DNA of 64,000 nucleotides from Verrucomicrobiia bacterium (GTDB lineage Bacteria; Verrucomicrobiota; Verrucomicrobiia; Chthoniobacterales; UBA6821): the NCBI GenBank assembly GCA_040380225.1, contig JBEIJN010000008.1, positions 5,183 through 69,182 of the forward strand, read 5' to 3'. The notes below the pieces were generated by a model. That model searched no databases. It was not told the origin of the DNA and saw only the letters and a list, made by a program, of their open reading frames with translations. Each line of letters starts with the position of its first letter. Within the stretch, counting starts at the first letter, position 1. Below are positions 9,223-17,825 of this stretch, piece by piece. Position numbers and translations under genes: made by a program.

Positions 9223-10250
9223 AGATCCTGAAGATCCGATCCATCCTCCTGCTTGCGCTGCTGACCTCGATCCCGTCACTGAGCGCCTGCTGGGAACAGG
9301 TGACCGCTCTCGATGTCCCGGTGACCCAACTCTCCCAGGATCCCACCAAGGCCAAGGAGTCGATGGCCAGGCACTTCCGCGCTCAGATCGCGGCCAACGA
9401 GGCCTTCCTCCGCGAATCGCCCGATGACCCGCACGCCTGGGAATCGCGGGTAAGAATCGCCTCCGCTCAGGGGCGCCTCGCATCGCTCTCAGCAAACAAG
9501 GAGGGGGTGCAACAGGCGGTAGCCAAGCTCAAGGAACTGGAGCGGACGGTGCCCGACCCATCGCTCAAGGCCGAGGCGATGTTCCGCAGGATCTCACTGC
9601 AGTGGCAGGATCTCGGCGCCACTGCCGATGTGCGCCGTGAGAACGCGGTGGCGAATGCGAGGAACTTCGCTGCCGCCTTCCCCCAAGACCACCGCTCCGC
9701 AAGGCTGCTGGCCGAAGCCGCGGCCCTCTGCAACAGCCATCCGGAGCAGAAGGGACCGCTTCTGGAAGAGGCGATCTCCCTCTGCAAGGAGGAGGGCATG
9801 CTCCAGCGACTCAAGGATGACAAAAAACAGTTCGACCTGCTGGGACAGCCGGTGGATCTGAGCTTCACCGCCACGGATGGAAGCAGGTTCGACCTCGCCA
9901 AGGAGCGCGGCCATGTCACGGCCATCGTCTTCTGGTCGGCGGAATCGGCACCCAGCCTTGTCTGGATGGGATACTTCGCGAAATACGCGGCGGGAGAAGA
10001 GGCTCTCCGCGTGGCCACGGTGAGCCTCGACCGCAACAAGGCCGACCTCAATGCCGCGATACAGACCCTCGGGATTATTACTTGGCCGACGGCATTTGAC
10101 GGAATGGGTTGGAAGAACGCGATCGCGCGGAACTTCGGGATCAACGCCCTTCCCACCCTCTGGCTGATTGACAAGAAGGGACGACTGGCGTTCCTGAACG
10201 CCCGCGACTCCTACGAACACAGAGTCAGGGAACTGATGCTAAAGAACTGA
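9219..10250 (+). CDS. lipoprotein with helical-repeat N-domain and cysteine-less thioredoxin-fold (TlpA/redoxin-like) C-domain
   Basis: Lipobox LSAC. The C-terminal VTAIVFWSAESAPSLVWM...GINALPTLWLIDKKGRL matches the TlpA/ResA layout, but the CXXC position reads SAPS. ATGA overlap with the upstream EEP gene. Confidence 0.6.
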   Translation: MKILKIRSILLLALLTSIPSLSACWEQVTALDVPVTQLSQDPTKAKESMARHFRAQIAANEAFLRESPDDPHAWESRVRIASAQGRLASLSANKEGVQQAVAKLKELERTVPDPSLKAEAMFRRISLQWQDLGATADVRRENAVANARNFAAAFPQDHRSARLLAEAAALCNSHPEQKGPLLEEAISLCKEEGMLQRLKDDKKQFDLLGQPVDLSFTATDGSRFDLAKERGHVTAIVFWSAESAPSLVWMGYFAKYAAGEEALRVATVSLDRNKADLNAAIQTLGIITWPTAFDGMGWKNAIARNFGINALPTLWLIDKKGRLAFLNARDSYEHRVRELMLKN

Positions 10251-10306
10251 CCCCGGGAATCTGGCCCGAGAATTGCTTTCAATAGTTCCTCCCACCCATC
10301 ACTGAT

Positions 10307-10334
10307 CAGCCTTCAGCCTTCAGCCTTCAGCCTT
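10307..10334. repeat. tandem heptamer array (CAGCCTT)x4
   Basis: Direct reading. Sits immediately upstream of the ATP-grasp gene start. Confidence 0.9.
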
Positions 10335-10344
10335 TCCGACCTCC

Positions 10345-11790
10345 ATGCTCATCGACCGCTACGAACCCGAAGACTTCTTTGACGAAATGTTCGCCGACAA
10401 GGCGACCGTGAGGCCGCACTACGGACGGATCGCCGAGCGGCTCCAGATCCTTGATCAGGCGGAGCACCGTCGCAAGCAGACGGCGGTCGATCTGGCCTTC
10501 ATGCGAAGCGGCGTCACCTTCACGGTCTACAATGACGATCAGGGAACCGAGCGCATCTTCCCCTTTGATCTGGTGCCGAGGGTCATTCCCGACAGCGAGT
10601 GGCGGAGGATCGAGAAGGGGCTGATCCAGCGCATCACGGCGCTCAACCTCTTCCTGCACGACATCTACCACGATCAGAAGATCCTCAAGGACCGCGTCAT
10701 CCCTCCCCACTATATCCTCGGGGCGAAGCATTTCCGCCGTGAGTTCATGGGCTTCAACGTACCGAAGGATATCTACATTCATATCTGCGGCACCGACCTG
10801 ATCCGCGACCGTGACGGCAACTATCTTGTCCTGGAGGACAATCTCCGCTGCCCCTCGGGCGCCAGCTATATGCTGGAGAACCGCGCCGCGCTGAAGAGGG
10901 CCTTCCCCGATCTCTACCGCTCGGCACGCGTGCAACCGGTCGACACCTATGCGGCGGAACTTCGCAAGGTCCTGCAGTATGTCTCCCCGCCGTCGCTCGG
11001 CACCTCGCAACCCAACGTCGTGCTGATGACACCCGGGGTCTTCAACAGCGCCTACTTCGAGCACGCCTTCCTCGCCCGCCAGATGGGCATCCCGATCGTG
11101 GAGGGGCGCGATCTGGTCGTGCGTGACGCGAGGGTCTACATGCGCACCACCTCGGGACTCGTTCCCGTCGACGTGATCTACAGACGCATCGACGATGACT
11201 TCCTGGATCCGACGGTCTTCCGTCCCGATTCCCTGCTGGGAGTTCCCGGCCTGGTCCATGCCTACCGCTCCGGCAACGTGAGCCTCGCCAACAGCATCGG
11301 AACGGGGGTCGCCGACGACAAGGTGGTCTATTACTTCGTTCCGAAGATGATTAAATACTACCTCGGCGAGGAACCGATCCTGCCGAATGTCGGAACCTTC
11401 CTGGCCAGCGAACCGGAGGATCGCGTCTTCATCATGGAAAACCTCGGGAAGCTCGTGGTGAAGTCCGCCAACGAGGCGGGCGGCTATGGGATGCTGATGG
11501 GCCCCTGGGCCACCAAGGAGGAGATCGAGTCTTTCCGCGAGCAGATCCGTGCCAACCCGCGCAACTTCATCGCCCAGCATCCGATCTCGCTCTCGCGTCA
11601 CCCCACCTGGTGTGGGGAAGGTTTCGAGGGGCGCCATGTCGACCTGCGCCCCTACATCCTCTGCGGTGAGAAGACGACGGTGACCCCGGGAGGTCTCACC
11701 CGCGTGGCCCTCCGCAAGGGATCCCTGGTGGTGAACTCCTCCCAGGGGGGAGGATCCAAGGACAGCTGGGTCCTCTACGGGGATTCCTGA
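10345..11790 (+). CDS. circularly permuted type-2 ATP-grasp protein (former DUF404/DUF407)
   Basis: 481 aa. Family recognised from the overall sequence ([65 protein letters not shown]) and from the conserved neighbourhood with the alpha-E and transglutaminase genes. Confidence 0.75.
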   Translation: MLIDRYEPEDFFDEMFADKATVRPHYGRIAERLQILDQAEHRRKQTAVDLAFMRSGVTFTVYNDDQGTERIFPFDLVPRVIPDSEWRRIEKGLIQRITALNLFLHDIYHDQKILKDRVIPPHYILGAKHFRREFMGFNVPKDIYIHICGTDLIRDRDGNYLVLEDNLRCPSGASYMLENRAALKRAFPDLYRSARVQPVDTYAAELRKVLQYVSPPSLGTSQPNVVLMTPGVFNSAYFEHAFLARQMGIPIVEGRDLVVRDARVYMRTTSGLVPVDVIYRRIDDDFLDPTVFRPDSLLGVPGLVHAYRSGNVSLANSIGTGVADDKVVYYFVPKMIKYYLGEEPILPNVGTFLASEPEDRVFIMENLGKLVVKSANEAGGYGMLMGPWATKEEIESFREQIRANPRNFIAQHPISLSRHPTWCGEGFEGRHVDLRPYILCGEKTTVTPGGLTRVALRKGSLVVNSSQGGGSKDSWVLYGDS

Positions 11791-11817
11791 GGGGGACGAT
11801 CCATCACTTTCCAGACA

Positions 11818-12903
11818 ATGAGCGATTTTCACACTCCCGTTCCCACAGCCCAGAAGCCGATCAGCGACAGGCGCGACTCCCAGGTGATGCTCTCGCGCGT
11901 CGCCAACTCCCTCTACTGGATGAGCCGCTACATCGAGCGCTCGGAGAACGTAGCGCGTCTCCTCGACGTGAACCTGCAGCTGATGCTCGACTTCGCCGAT
12001 CTCAACGACCAGCAACTCAAGGAGCACTGGCTTCCGATCCTCTGCTCGGCCGGCGATGAGGAGACCTTCTTCAGGCTCTACGAACGGGCCGACAGCGAGA
12101 GCGTGACAGAGTTCCTCACCTTCCGGGAAGAGAACCCCAACTCGATCATCTCCTGCCTCTTCACGGCCCGCGAGAATGCCCGGCAGGTGCGCGACCAGAT
12201 CTCGCTGGAGATGTTCGAGGCGCTCAACGAGTGCTACCTCTTCCTGAAGTCGAAGAATGCCCGCGAGGTCTGGCAGAGCGGCGCGCACGAGTTCTACGAG
12301 CAGATCAAGAAATACTCCCATCTCTTCCAGGGCATCACCGCCTCCACCTTCACGCGTAGCGAGGGATACGAGTTCATGAATATCGGCAAGTTCCTCGAGC
12401 GTGCCGACAAGACCACCCGCATCCTCGACATCAAGTATCACATCCTGCTCCCAAGCATCGCCGACGTCGGCGGAGCCGTGGATGCCGCGCAGTGGCAGGC
12501 GATCCTCCGCTCGGCCAGCGCGCTCGAGGCCTACAGGAAATTCCACGTCGAGGATATCCTGCCCAAGAAGGTCGCCGAGTTCCTGATCTTTTCGACGACC
12601 TTCCCGCGCTCGATCCGCGCCTGCATGCAGCGCCTCGACGATGATCTCCACCGCCTCAGCGGCAAAGAGCGGCGGGAGTACCGGAGCCCCGAGGAGCGGG
12701 CCTTCGGCAAGCTGCTCTCCGACCTGAACTTCCTCACGATCGACGAGATTCAGAACAGCGGACTCCACCAATTTCTCCAGGGGGTCCAGACCGTCCTCGA
12801 TCGTCTCGACGATCACATCTATCAGGAATACATGTACCACCCTCCCGTCGACATGCAGGCGGAGATCCTCCTTCACCAGCAGCAGATGCAACAGCAGCAA
12901 TGA
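11818..12903 (+). CDS. alpha-E domain protein (former DUF403)
   Basis: LSRVANSLYWMSRYIERSENVARLLDV is the characteristic N-terminal alpha-E motif. Lies 28 nt downstream of the ATP-grasp gene. Confidence 0.75.
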   Translation: MSDFHTPVPTAQKPISDRRDSQVMLSRVANSLYWMSRYIERSENVARLLDVNLQLMLDFADLNDQQLKEHWLPILCSAGDEETFFRLYERADSESVTEFLTFREENPNSIISCLFTARENARQVRDQISLEMFEALNECYLFLKSKNAREVWQSGAHEFYEQIKKYSHLFQGITASTFTRSEGYEFMNIGKFLERADKTTRILDIKYHILLPSIADVGGAVDAAQWQAILRSASALEAYRKFHVEDILPKKVAEFLIFSTTFPRSIRACMQRLDDDLHRLSGKERREYRSPEERAFGKLLSDLNFLTIDEIQNSGLHQFLQGVQTVLDRLDDHIYQEYMYHPPVDMQAEILLHQQQMQQQQ

Positions 12904-13802
12904 CTCCGCGGAACGAAGCGTCCGCGGACACCGCGGATAAGAGCGTCTGGAGCGAACCGCTGCTCCTGGGCATCTCCCACCTGACCCGTTACAGCTACGA
13001 GGGTCCCGTCCACGACAGCTTCAACGAGGCCCGCCTCCAACCGGTGAGCGACCACCTGCAGGAGTGCCGGGAATTCCGCTTCCGGATCGATCCCGACTCG
13101 GTGATCCGCGACTACCCGGACCTCTACTCCAACTGCGTTCACTACTTCGACATCCAGAACCCGCACGAATCTCTCACGGTGGAGGCGGTCTCGCTTGTCA
13201 GGACACTACCGGATTCACGCGGCCCCGTTCCGCAAGCCGGCCCCGAAGCGCTCACCGAGGCTGCCGTGAAGGAGCACCACTTCGACTTCCTGCACGACAC
13301 CGAGTTCGTCTCATTGGGTGCCGATGTCTGGAGGGAAGCCGTCGACGCCCTTCCGGAGGGTCTGCGCGATGTCTGGACCGACACCGTGGCCATCGGAGAG
13401 CACATCCACCGCAACTACAAGTACACCCCTCTCTCGACCAACGTGAATACACGTGCCGTCGAGGTGATCCAAAGGAAACAGGGGGTCTGCCAGGACTTCG
13501 CCCACCTGATGCTCGGACTCTGCCGCACGCACGGCTTTCCGGCGCGTTATGTCAGCGGATACTTTTTGAATCAGCACAAGCTCCCCGGGGAAATCGAGGC
13601 GAGCCATGCCTGGATCGAGGTCTTCATCCCCGGATTCGGGTGGAAGGGATACGACCCGACCCACCGCAGGGAACCCGACACCCGCTACGTGAAGATCGCC
13701 GCGGGGCGCGACTACGGCGACATCCGACCCGTCGGTGGAACCTTCCGCGGCAAGGGCACCCGGGAAATGGTGGTGGAGGTCTCGGTAAAGCGGGTGGAGT
13801 GA
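12900..13802 (+). CDS. transglutaminase-like cysteine peptidase (Bact_transglu_N + transglutaminase core)
   Basis: Cys-His-Asp triad contexts GVCQDFAH, ASHAWIEVF and GYDPTH. ATGA overlap with the alpha-E gene. Confidence 0.8.
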   Translation: MTPRNEASADTADKSVWSEPLLLGISHLTRYSYEGPVHDSFNEARLQPVSDHLQECREFRFRIDPDSVIRDYPDLYSNCVHYFDIQNPHESLTVEAVSLVRTLPDSRGPVPQAGPEALTEAAVKEHHFDFLHDTEFVSLGADVWREAVDALPEGLRDVWTDTVAIGEHIHRNYKYTPLSTNVNTRAVEVIQRKQGVCQDFAHLMLGLCRTHGFPARYVSGYFLNQHKLPGEIEASHAWIEVFIPGFGWKGYDPTHRREPDTRYVKIAAGRDYGDIRPVGGTFRGKGTREMVVEVSVKRVE

Positions 13803-13840
13803 CGAACGGCGCGCAAGGGCACCCGATCACCGATTAGCGG

Positions 13841-14968
13841 TCAACCTGCCCCCGATTTTTCCTCCATCAACTCCCTGATCACGGCAAGGGTTTCCACAAG
13901 ATTGCGCTCAAGGGTGTACTGTGAAGCCAAGGCAACGCACGATTCACGCACCGATGCTCTCTTGTCAGGATCTTCCAGGAGCATAAGCCATCGTCGGATT
14001 GCTTCCGAAATGGGATCGATATTGGAAGGATCCGGAAGAATTTCCCCATGGACACCCTGGATCATGATTTCCGAAACCCCCACAACCCGGCTTGTGATGA
14101 CGGGAACTCCGGCACCCATTGACTCCAGTGCAGCAAGTGAAAAGGGCTCGAATACCGAGGGCACAATCATCAGATCAGCCGCGGCATAGAGACTACCCAT
14201 ATCTTTCGTCGGCCCTAGAAAACGAACGGCAGGTGAACGATATTTACGGGCAGGGCCTTTTCCGGCGACCAGCAACTTGACCGCAGGATTTCTCAGTTCC
14301 TCAACCGCGCGAATCGCAAAGCGAAGGCCCTTTCTTTCCCATCCCGTCCCAACAAAAAGCACGATCTTGTCGGAATCGCCGATCGCCAGGGCTTTTCTGG
14401 CCTCTTTCCTCCCCTCTTGGTCCGGTTTTTTTTGCATCGGCACCCCGTTTCTGATCAGGGTGACCCGGCTTGCTGGGTATCCGTAATACTCGCCGATCTC
14501 CCTGCTGATTTTTTCGGAGATCGAAATAACCCGGAGGGTCCGGTCAGTTTTGAAGATCTCGCGCTCCAGACGGAGCTTTTCACGATGCTTTGGACTGATC
14601 CGCTGAAAAATGCGCGCAAACAGGTTCAGGTAAGGCTCCCTCTGATCCATCCACGCGGCATGAAGGCCCTCGTCAGTGCGGTAGATGTCGCATCCCGGAA
14701 CTTTCTCTACCGAGAGGGTCAGATCGATTTGCAAACCGGATACAGTCCGATGCCGTGACGAATCTGCGGCGTACTCCGAGAGAGTCCTCCCACTGCACCG
14801 AAGGATCTCACCCCCCGGCCACTCCGATACGGGCCATGATTCGGTTCCAAAAAGAACAGGTCTGTGCCCCTCGGCCAAGAGCCCCCGAGCAAGCCCTTTT
14901 AGATAGGCTTCGACACCACCCGTCGGCGAATAACCGCGTCGTAGGAATCCTATGGTCAATTTCGTCAT
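13841..14968 (-). CDS. GT4-family glycosyltransferase (LPS core type)
   Basis: N-terminal GGVEAYLKGLARGL and the C-terminal EPFSLAALESMGAGVPVI (E-X7-E region). ATG at 14968 directly follows the heptosyltransferase stop. Confidence 0.75.
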   Translation of the reverse strand: MTKLTIGFLRRGYSPTGGVEAYLKGLARGLLAEGHRPVLFGTESWPVSEWPGGEILRCSGRTLSEYAADSSRHRTVSGLQIDLTLSVEKVPGCDIYRTDEGLHAAWMDQREPYLNLFARIFQRISPKHREKLRLEREIFKTDRTLRVISISEKISREIGEYYGYPASRVTLIRNGVPMQKKPDQEGRKEARKALAIGDSDKIVLFVGTGWERKGLRFAIRAVEELRNPAVKLLVAGKGPARKYRSPAVRFLGPTKDMGSLYAAADLMIVPSVFEPFSLAALESMGAGVPVITSRVVGVSEIMIQGVHGEILPDPSNIDPISEAIRRWLMLLEDPDKRASVRESCVALASQYTLERNLVETLAVIRELMEEKSGAG

Positions 14969-14970
14969 GA

Positions 14971-16017
14971 TCAGGAATGCAACAGTCCGGACTTCATTGC
15001 CGATGCCCGCACACATGCCGAGACGACATCATCCACGCCGATTGACAGCATCCGGAAATTAGGCAATACCCCCAGCTCCTCCGAGGGTTCGCCCACCTTT
15101 CTTCCGGCCGGCGCAACCATGACATGGGGGCAACGCCAGGGGCCGAACTGCCCTGGAATACTCTGGCCAAAGAGCGTCACCGACGGGCACTGCATCGCCG
15201 CCGCAAGGTGCATGGCCGCCGTATCCACTCCGACGTAGTAGCGGGCACGCTGCAGCAGCCAGGCCAACTGCCCCCAGGAGGCTTTGCCCGCCGTCGTCGT
15301 GACACGATCGCCGAATCCGGAACAAAGCGCCTCCGCTTCCGTTCGCTCGGCAGCCCCGGGACCGCAACTCACGATGACGCGCGGCGTGAATTCCAAGAGC
15401 CTGGCCAAGGTGGCGCGCCAGCGATCCAAAGGCCACGACTTGCTCTCCCATCGGGTGGCGGCATGAAGGACGGCGAACTCCTCCTTCTCCGGATCGAACG
15501 AAGCGCCCCATGGACGGGTCGCCAACGCATCGAAGCGCAATGCGGGAGGTTCCTCGGGAAGTCCCAAAACCCGTTTGGGGATGATGTAATCCATCTCCAC
15601 CTGATGCATGGAGGAACGGTCGGTCGGCACGATGTCCGTGAAAGCCCTTTGCCAGAAAGCGTTCAGTCCGGGTTCACCGCGGTGAGCACCACGGAAAGGG
15701 GCCATGGAGGCGGCCACCAAAGTGCGCCCCCGGTCGTTGTCACCAAGCTCGAAGGCATAGTCGAATCGTATCCGGGCAATCAACGAAAGCGTTGCCAAGT
15801 CACCGATCTTGTCCCTCCACGACCTCTTGGACTCCTCGGGTCGCGCGGTGGTCACGATCCTGTCGATCTCGGGACAACCGGCCAGAATCCCCTCCGTGCT
15901 TCTGCGCACGGCCAGCCAAATCTCGGCATCGGGATACTTCCGCTTGGTCGCCACCATGATCGGCGTGACCAGGAGGTTGTCGCCGATGTGGCGGAGTTTG
16001 GTGAAGAGGATGCGCAT
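14971..16017 (-). CDS. GT9-family ADP-heptose:LPS heptosyltransferase
   Basis: MRILFTKLRHIGDNLLVTP N-terminus and VGVDTAAMHLAAAM near the C-terminus are typical of GT9. Confidence 0.75.
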   Translation of the reverse strand: MRILFTKLRHIGDNLLVTPIMVATKRKYPDAEIWLAVRRSTEGILAGCPEIDRIVTTARPEESKRSWRDKIGDLATLSLIARIRFDYAFELGDNDRGRTLVAASMAPFRGAHRGEPGLNAFWQRAFTDIVPTDRSSMHQVEMDYIIPKRVLGLPEEPPALRFDALATRPWGASFDPEKEEFAVLHAATRWESKSWPLDRWRATLARLLEFTPRVIVSCGPGAAERTEAEALCSGFGDRVTTTAGKASWGQLAWLLQRARYYVGVDTAAMHLAAAMQCPSVTLFGQSIPGQFGPWRCPHVMVAPAGRKVGEPSEELGVLPNFRMLSIGVDDVVSACVRASAMKSGLLHS

Positions 16018-16216
16018 CGGGAAGAATTCTCCGTCGAGTAAGTGGAACAATTCTTTTAAACGAACTCGGGGCGGAAGGGTGAACGAAAAAACCGAAGAGT
16101 TCTGATATGGCAGGATGAGAGCAATGCAGGTCGGCGGAGGCAGGGCTTGTCGTTATTTTCCTGAATTCCTGATTTCCTGATTACAAAATCCCTTCGTAAA
16201 ACCCTAACCTCGCCCA

Positions 16217-17161
16217 ATGGCCCGAATATCCAGGAATCATTCAGCGGAGAGTTCACCCGACTCGGACCGGGATGCTGAGGCCGATCCCGTTGCCGAGGAA
16301 TTCCTCGGATATTTGGGGGATGGAAAGAACTACTCTCCCCAGACACTCCGTTCCTACCGGCAGGCGCTCGCAGCCTTCAGGTTCTTCAGACCCGACCTCT
16401 CCTGGACGGCTGCTTCCGCGGATGACTTCAGGGCCTATCTTTTTGACCTGATGAAGCGCGGTCGCTCCCGAGCCACCATCCGTCTACACTTCGCGGCACT
16501 CCGCAGTCTCTACAACCATCTCACCGAGAAGGGGGTCGTCCCGTCGAATGTGCTGAAGCTGGTCTCCCTCCCCAAGCCGGATAAAGCGCTTCCCCAGTTC
16601 CTGACGCTCCCCCAGATCACGGCCCTGATGGAAAAGCCCGCCTCGAAGGTGAAATCAAAACAGGCCACAGAATGGATGGCGGCACGCGACACGGCGATCC
16701 TGGAACTCTTCTACTCCTCGGGACTCCGCCTGGCGGAACTTGCCGCGCTCGATGTGCGGGACCTCGACCCGATCGGGGAAACAGTCCGGGTGATGGGCAA
16801 GGGCTCACGTGAGAGAATCGTCCCCGTCGGAGGACTCGCTCTCGAGGCCTTATCCCGCTACCGCCATCAGGCCAATGTCCAGAGCGGCCCGCTCTTCCTC
16901 AACAAGAGCCGCAAGCGGCTGGGGCACCGCTCCATCTGGCTGCTGCTCAAGAACTACGTCCGTGAAGCAGGCCTGCCCGCAACGCTCAGCCCGCACAAGC
17001 TGCGCCATTCCTTTGCCACCCATCTGCTCGACAACGGGGCCGACCTCCGTAGCGTGCAGTCGCTACTGGGTCACGCCAGCCTCACCACCACCCAGATCTA
17101 CACACACGTGACCACAGAACGGCTGAAGAAAGCCTATGATGCGGCTCATCCACGCGCGTAA
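16217..17161 (+). CDS. tyrosine site-specific recombinase, XerC/XerD type
   Basis: C-terminal HKLRHSFATHLLDNGADLRSVQSLLGHASLTTTQIYTHV (R-H-R-Y catalytic region) plus an N-terminal SAM-like domain. Confidence 0.85.
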   Translation: MARISRNHSAESSPDSDRDAEADPVAEEFLGYLGDGKNYSPQTLRSYRQALAAFRFFRPDLSWTAASADDFRAYLFDLMKRGRSRATIRLHFAALRSLYNHLTEKGVVPSNVLKLVSLPKPDKALPQFLTLPQITALMEKPASKVKSKQATEWMAARDTAILELFYSSGLRLAELAALDVRDLDPIGETVRVMGKGSRERIVPVGGLALEALSRYRHQANVQSGPLFLNKSRKRLGHRSIWLLLKNYVREAGLPATLSPHKLRHSFATHLLDNGADLRSVQSLLGHASLTTTQIYTHVTTERLKKAYDAAHPRA

Positions 17162-17607
17162 AAGCTCCTCGCTGTTTTCAGTGGGTGAAGACGAGATAAA
17201 GAGGAATAATCAGGAAAACAGGAAAAGAAAGGGAGGAATGCGGTTTATCAACCACCGAGGGCATATCCGTTGCCCATCCATGGATCTGAAAAAAGAGAGG
17301 GGCCGAATGGATATCAGGTCATGGCCTTTCAGCCCTGTCCTGACTGGCTTCGTGACCCCTCCCAAGGGAGCTCCTCAGTTCGTATATTGAACTTCCCCTC
17401 TCTTCCTGAGTTCTTGAGTTCCTGATGAAAAATCTTTGGCTGTTTCTTTCCATGGATGCAGGGCTCATCAGTGATACCCAGTTGATCTACCGACTCAAAA
17501 TAACGGAGAGCCAAGTTTTTACAGGGATCCGTTACGGCTCCCTGTGCCTATTCCTTTCTCTGCGGCTCTGCGCCCCTGCGGGAGTTACACAACAAGGCTC
17601 TTTTTTA

Positions 17608-17631
17608 TTAACGATCTATAAGATCGTTTTA
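17608..17631. promoter_or_regulatory. candidate operator, perfect palindrome AACGATCT-ATA-AGATCGTT (ACGA-N8-ATCG motif, site 1)
   Basis: 8+8 perfect inverted repeat about 200 nt upstream of cysI in an AT-rich 665-bp spacer. The same ACGA-N8-ATCG spacing recurs at 23093..23108 and 27498..27513. Confidence 0.5.
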
Positions 17632-17825
17632 TATTCCAAATATTACTGATTTTTCTCGCGGGAATAACAGCTTCTGATAGAATTTTTAATTCCTCTTATT
17701 AAACAGCCTCACAGCCCTACCAGTTCCATACCAACACGACGCATAAAACGGTTTTCCATCGATCCATTCAGTCGTCTTTTATCATTAGGAAAACACTTTC
17801 ACTCCACACCTTCATCAACACACCC

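Noticed and set aside
10327-12900. 857-aa ORF on the minus strand covering the ATP-grasp and alpha-E genes
   Set aside because: It is exactly antisense to two ORFs with clear family motifs. Its translation is low-complexity Gly/Glu/Asp/Val/Leu/Arg text with no recognisable domain, which is the typical long antisense ORF of GC-rich DNA.
16217-17161. Tyrosine recombinase as an integrase marking a genomic island or integron
   Set aside because: Its size and motifs fit the housekeeping XerC/XerD type. There is no adjacent tRNA, attC-like array, phage gene or direct repeat. The AT-rich region downstream is the cysI leader. This remains possible but is unsupported.
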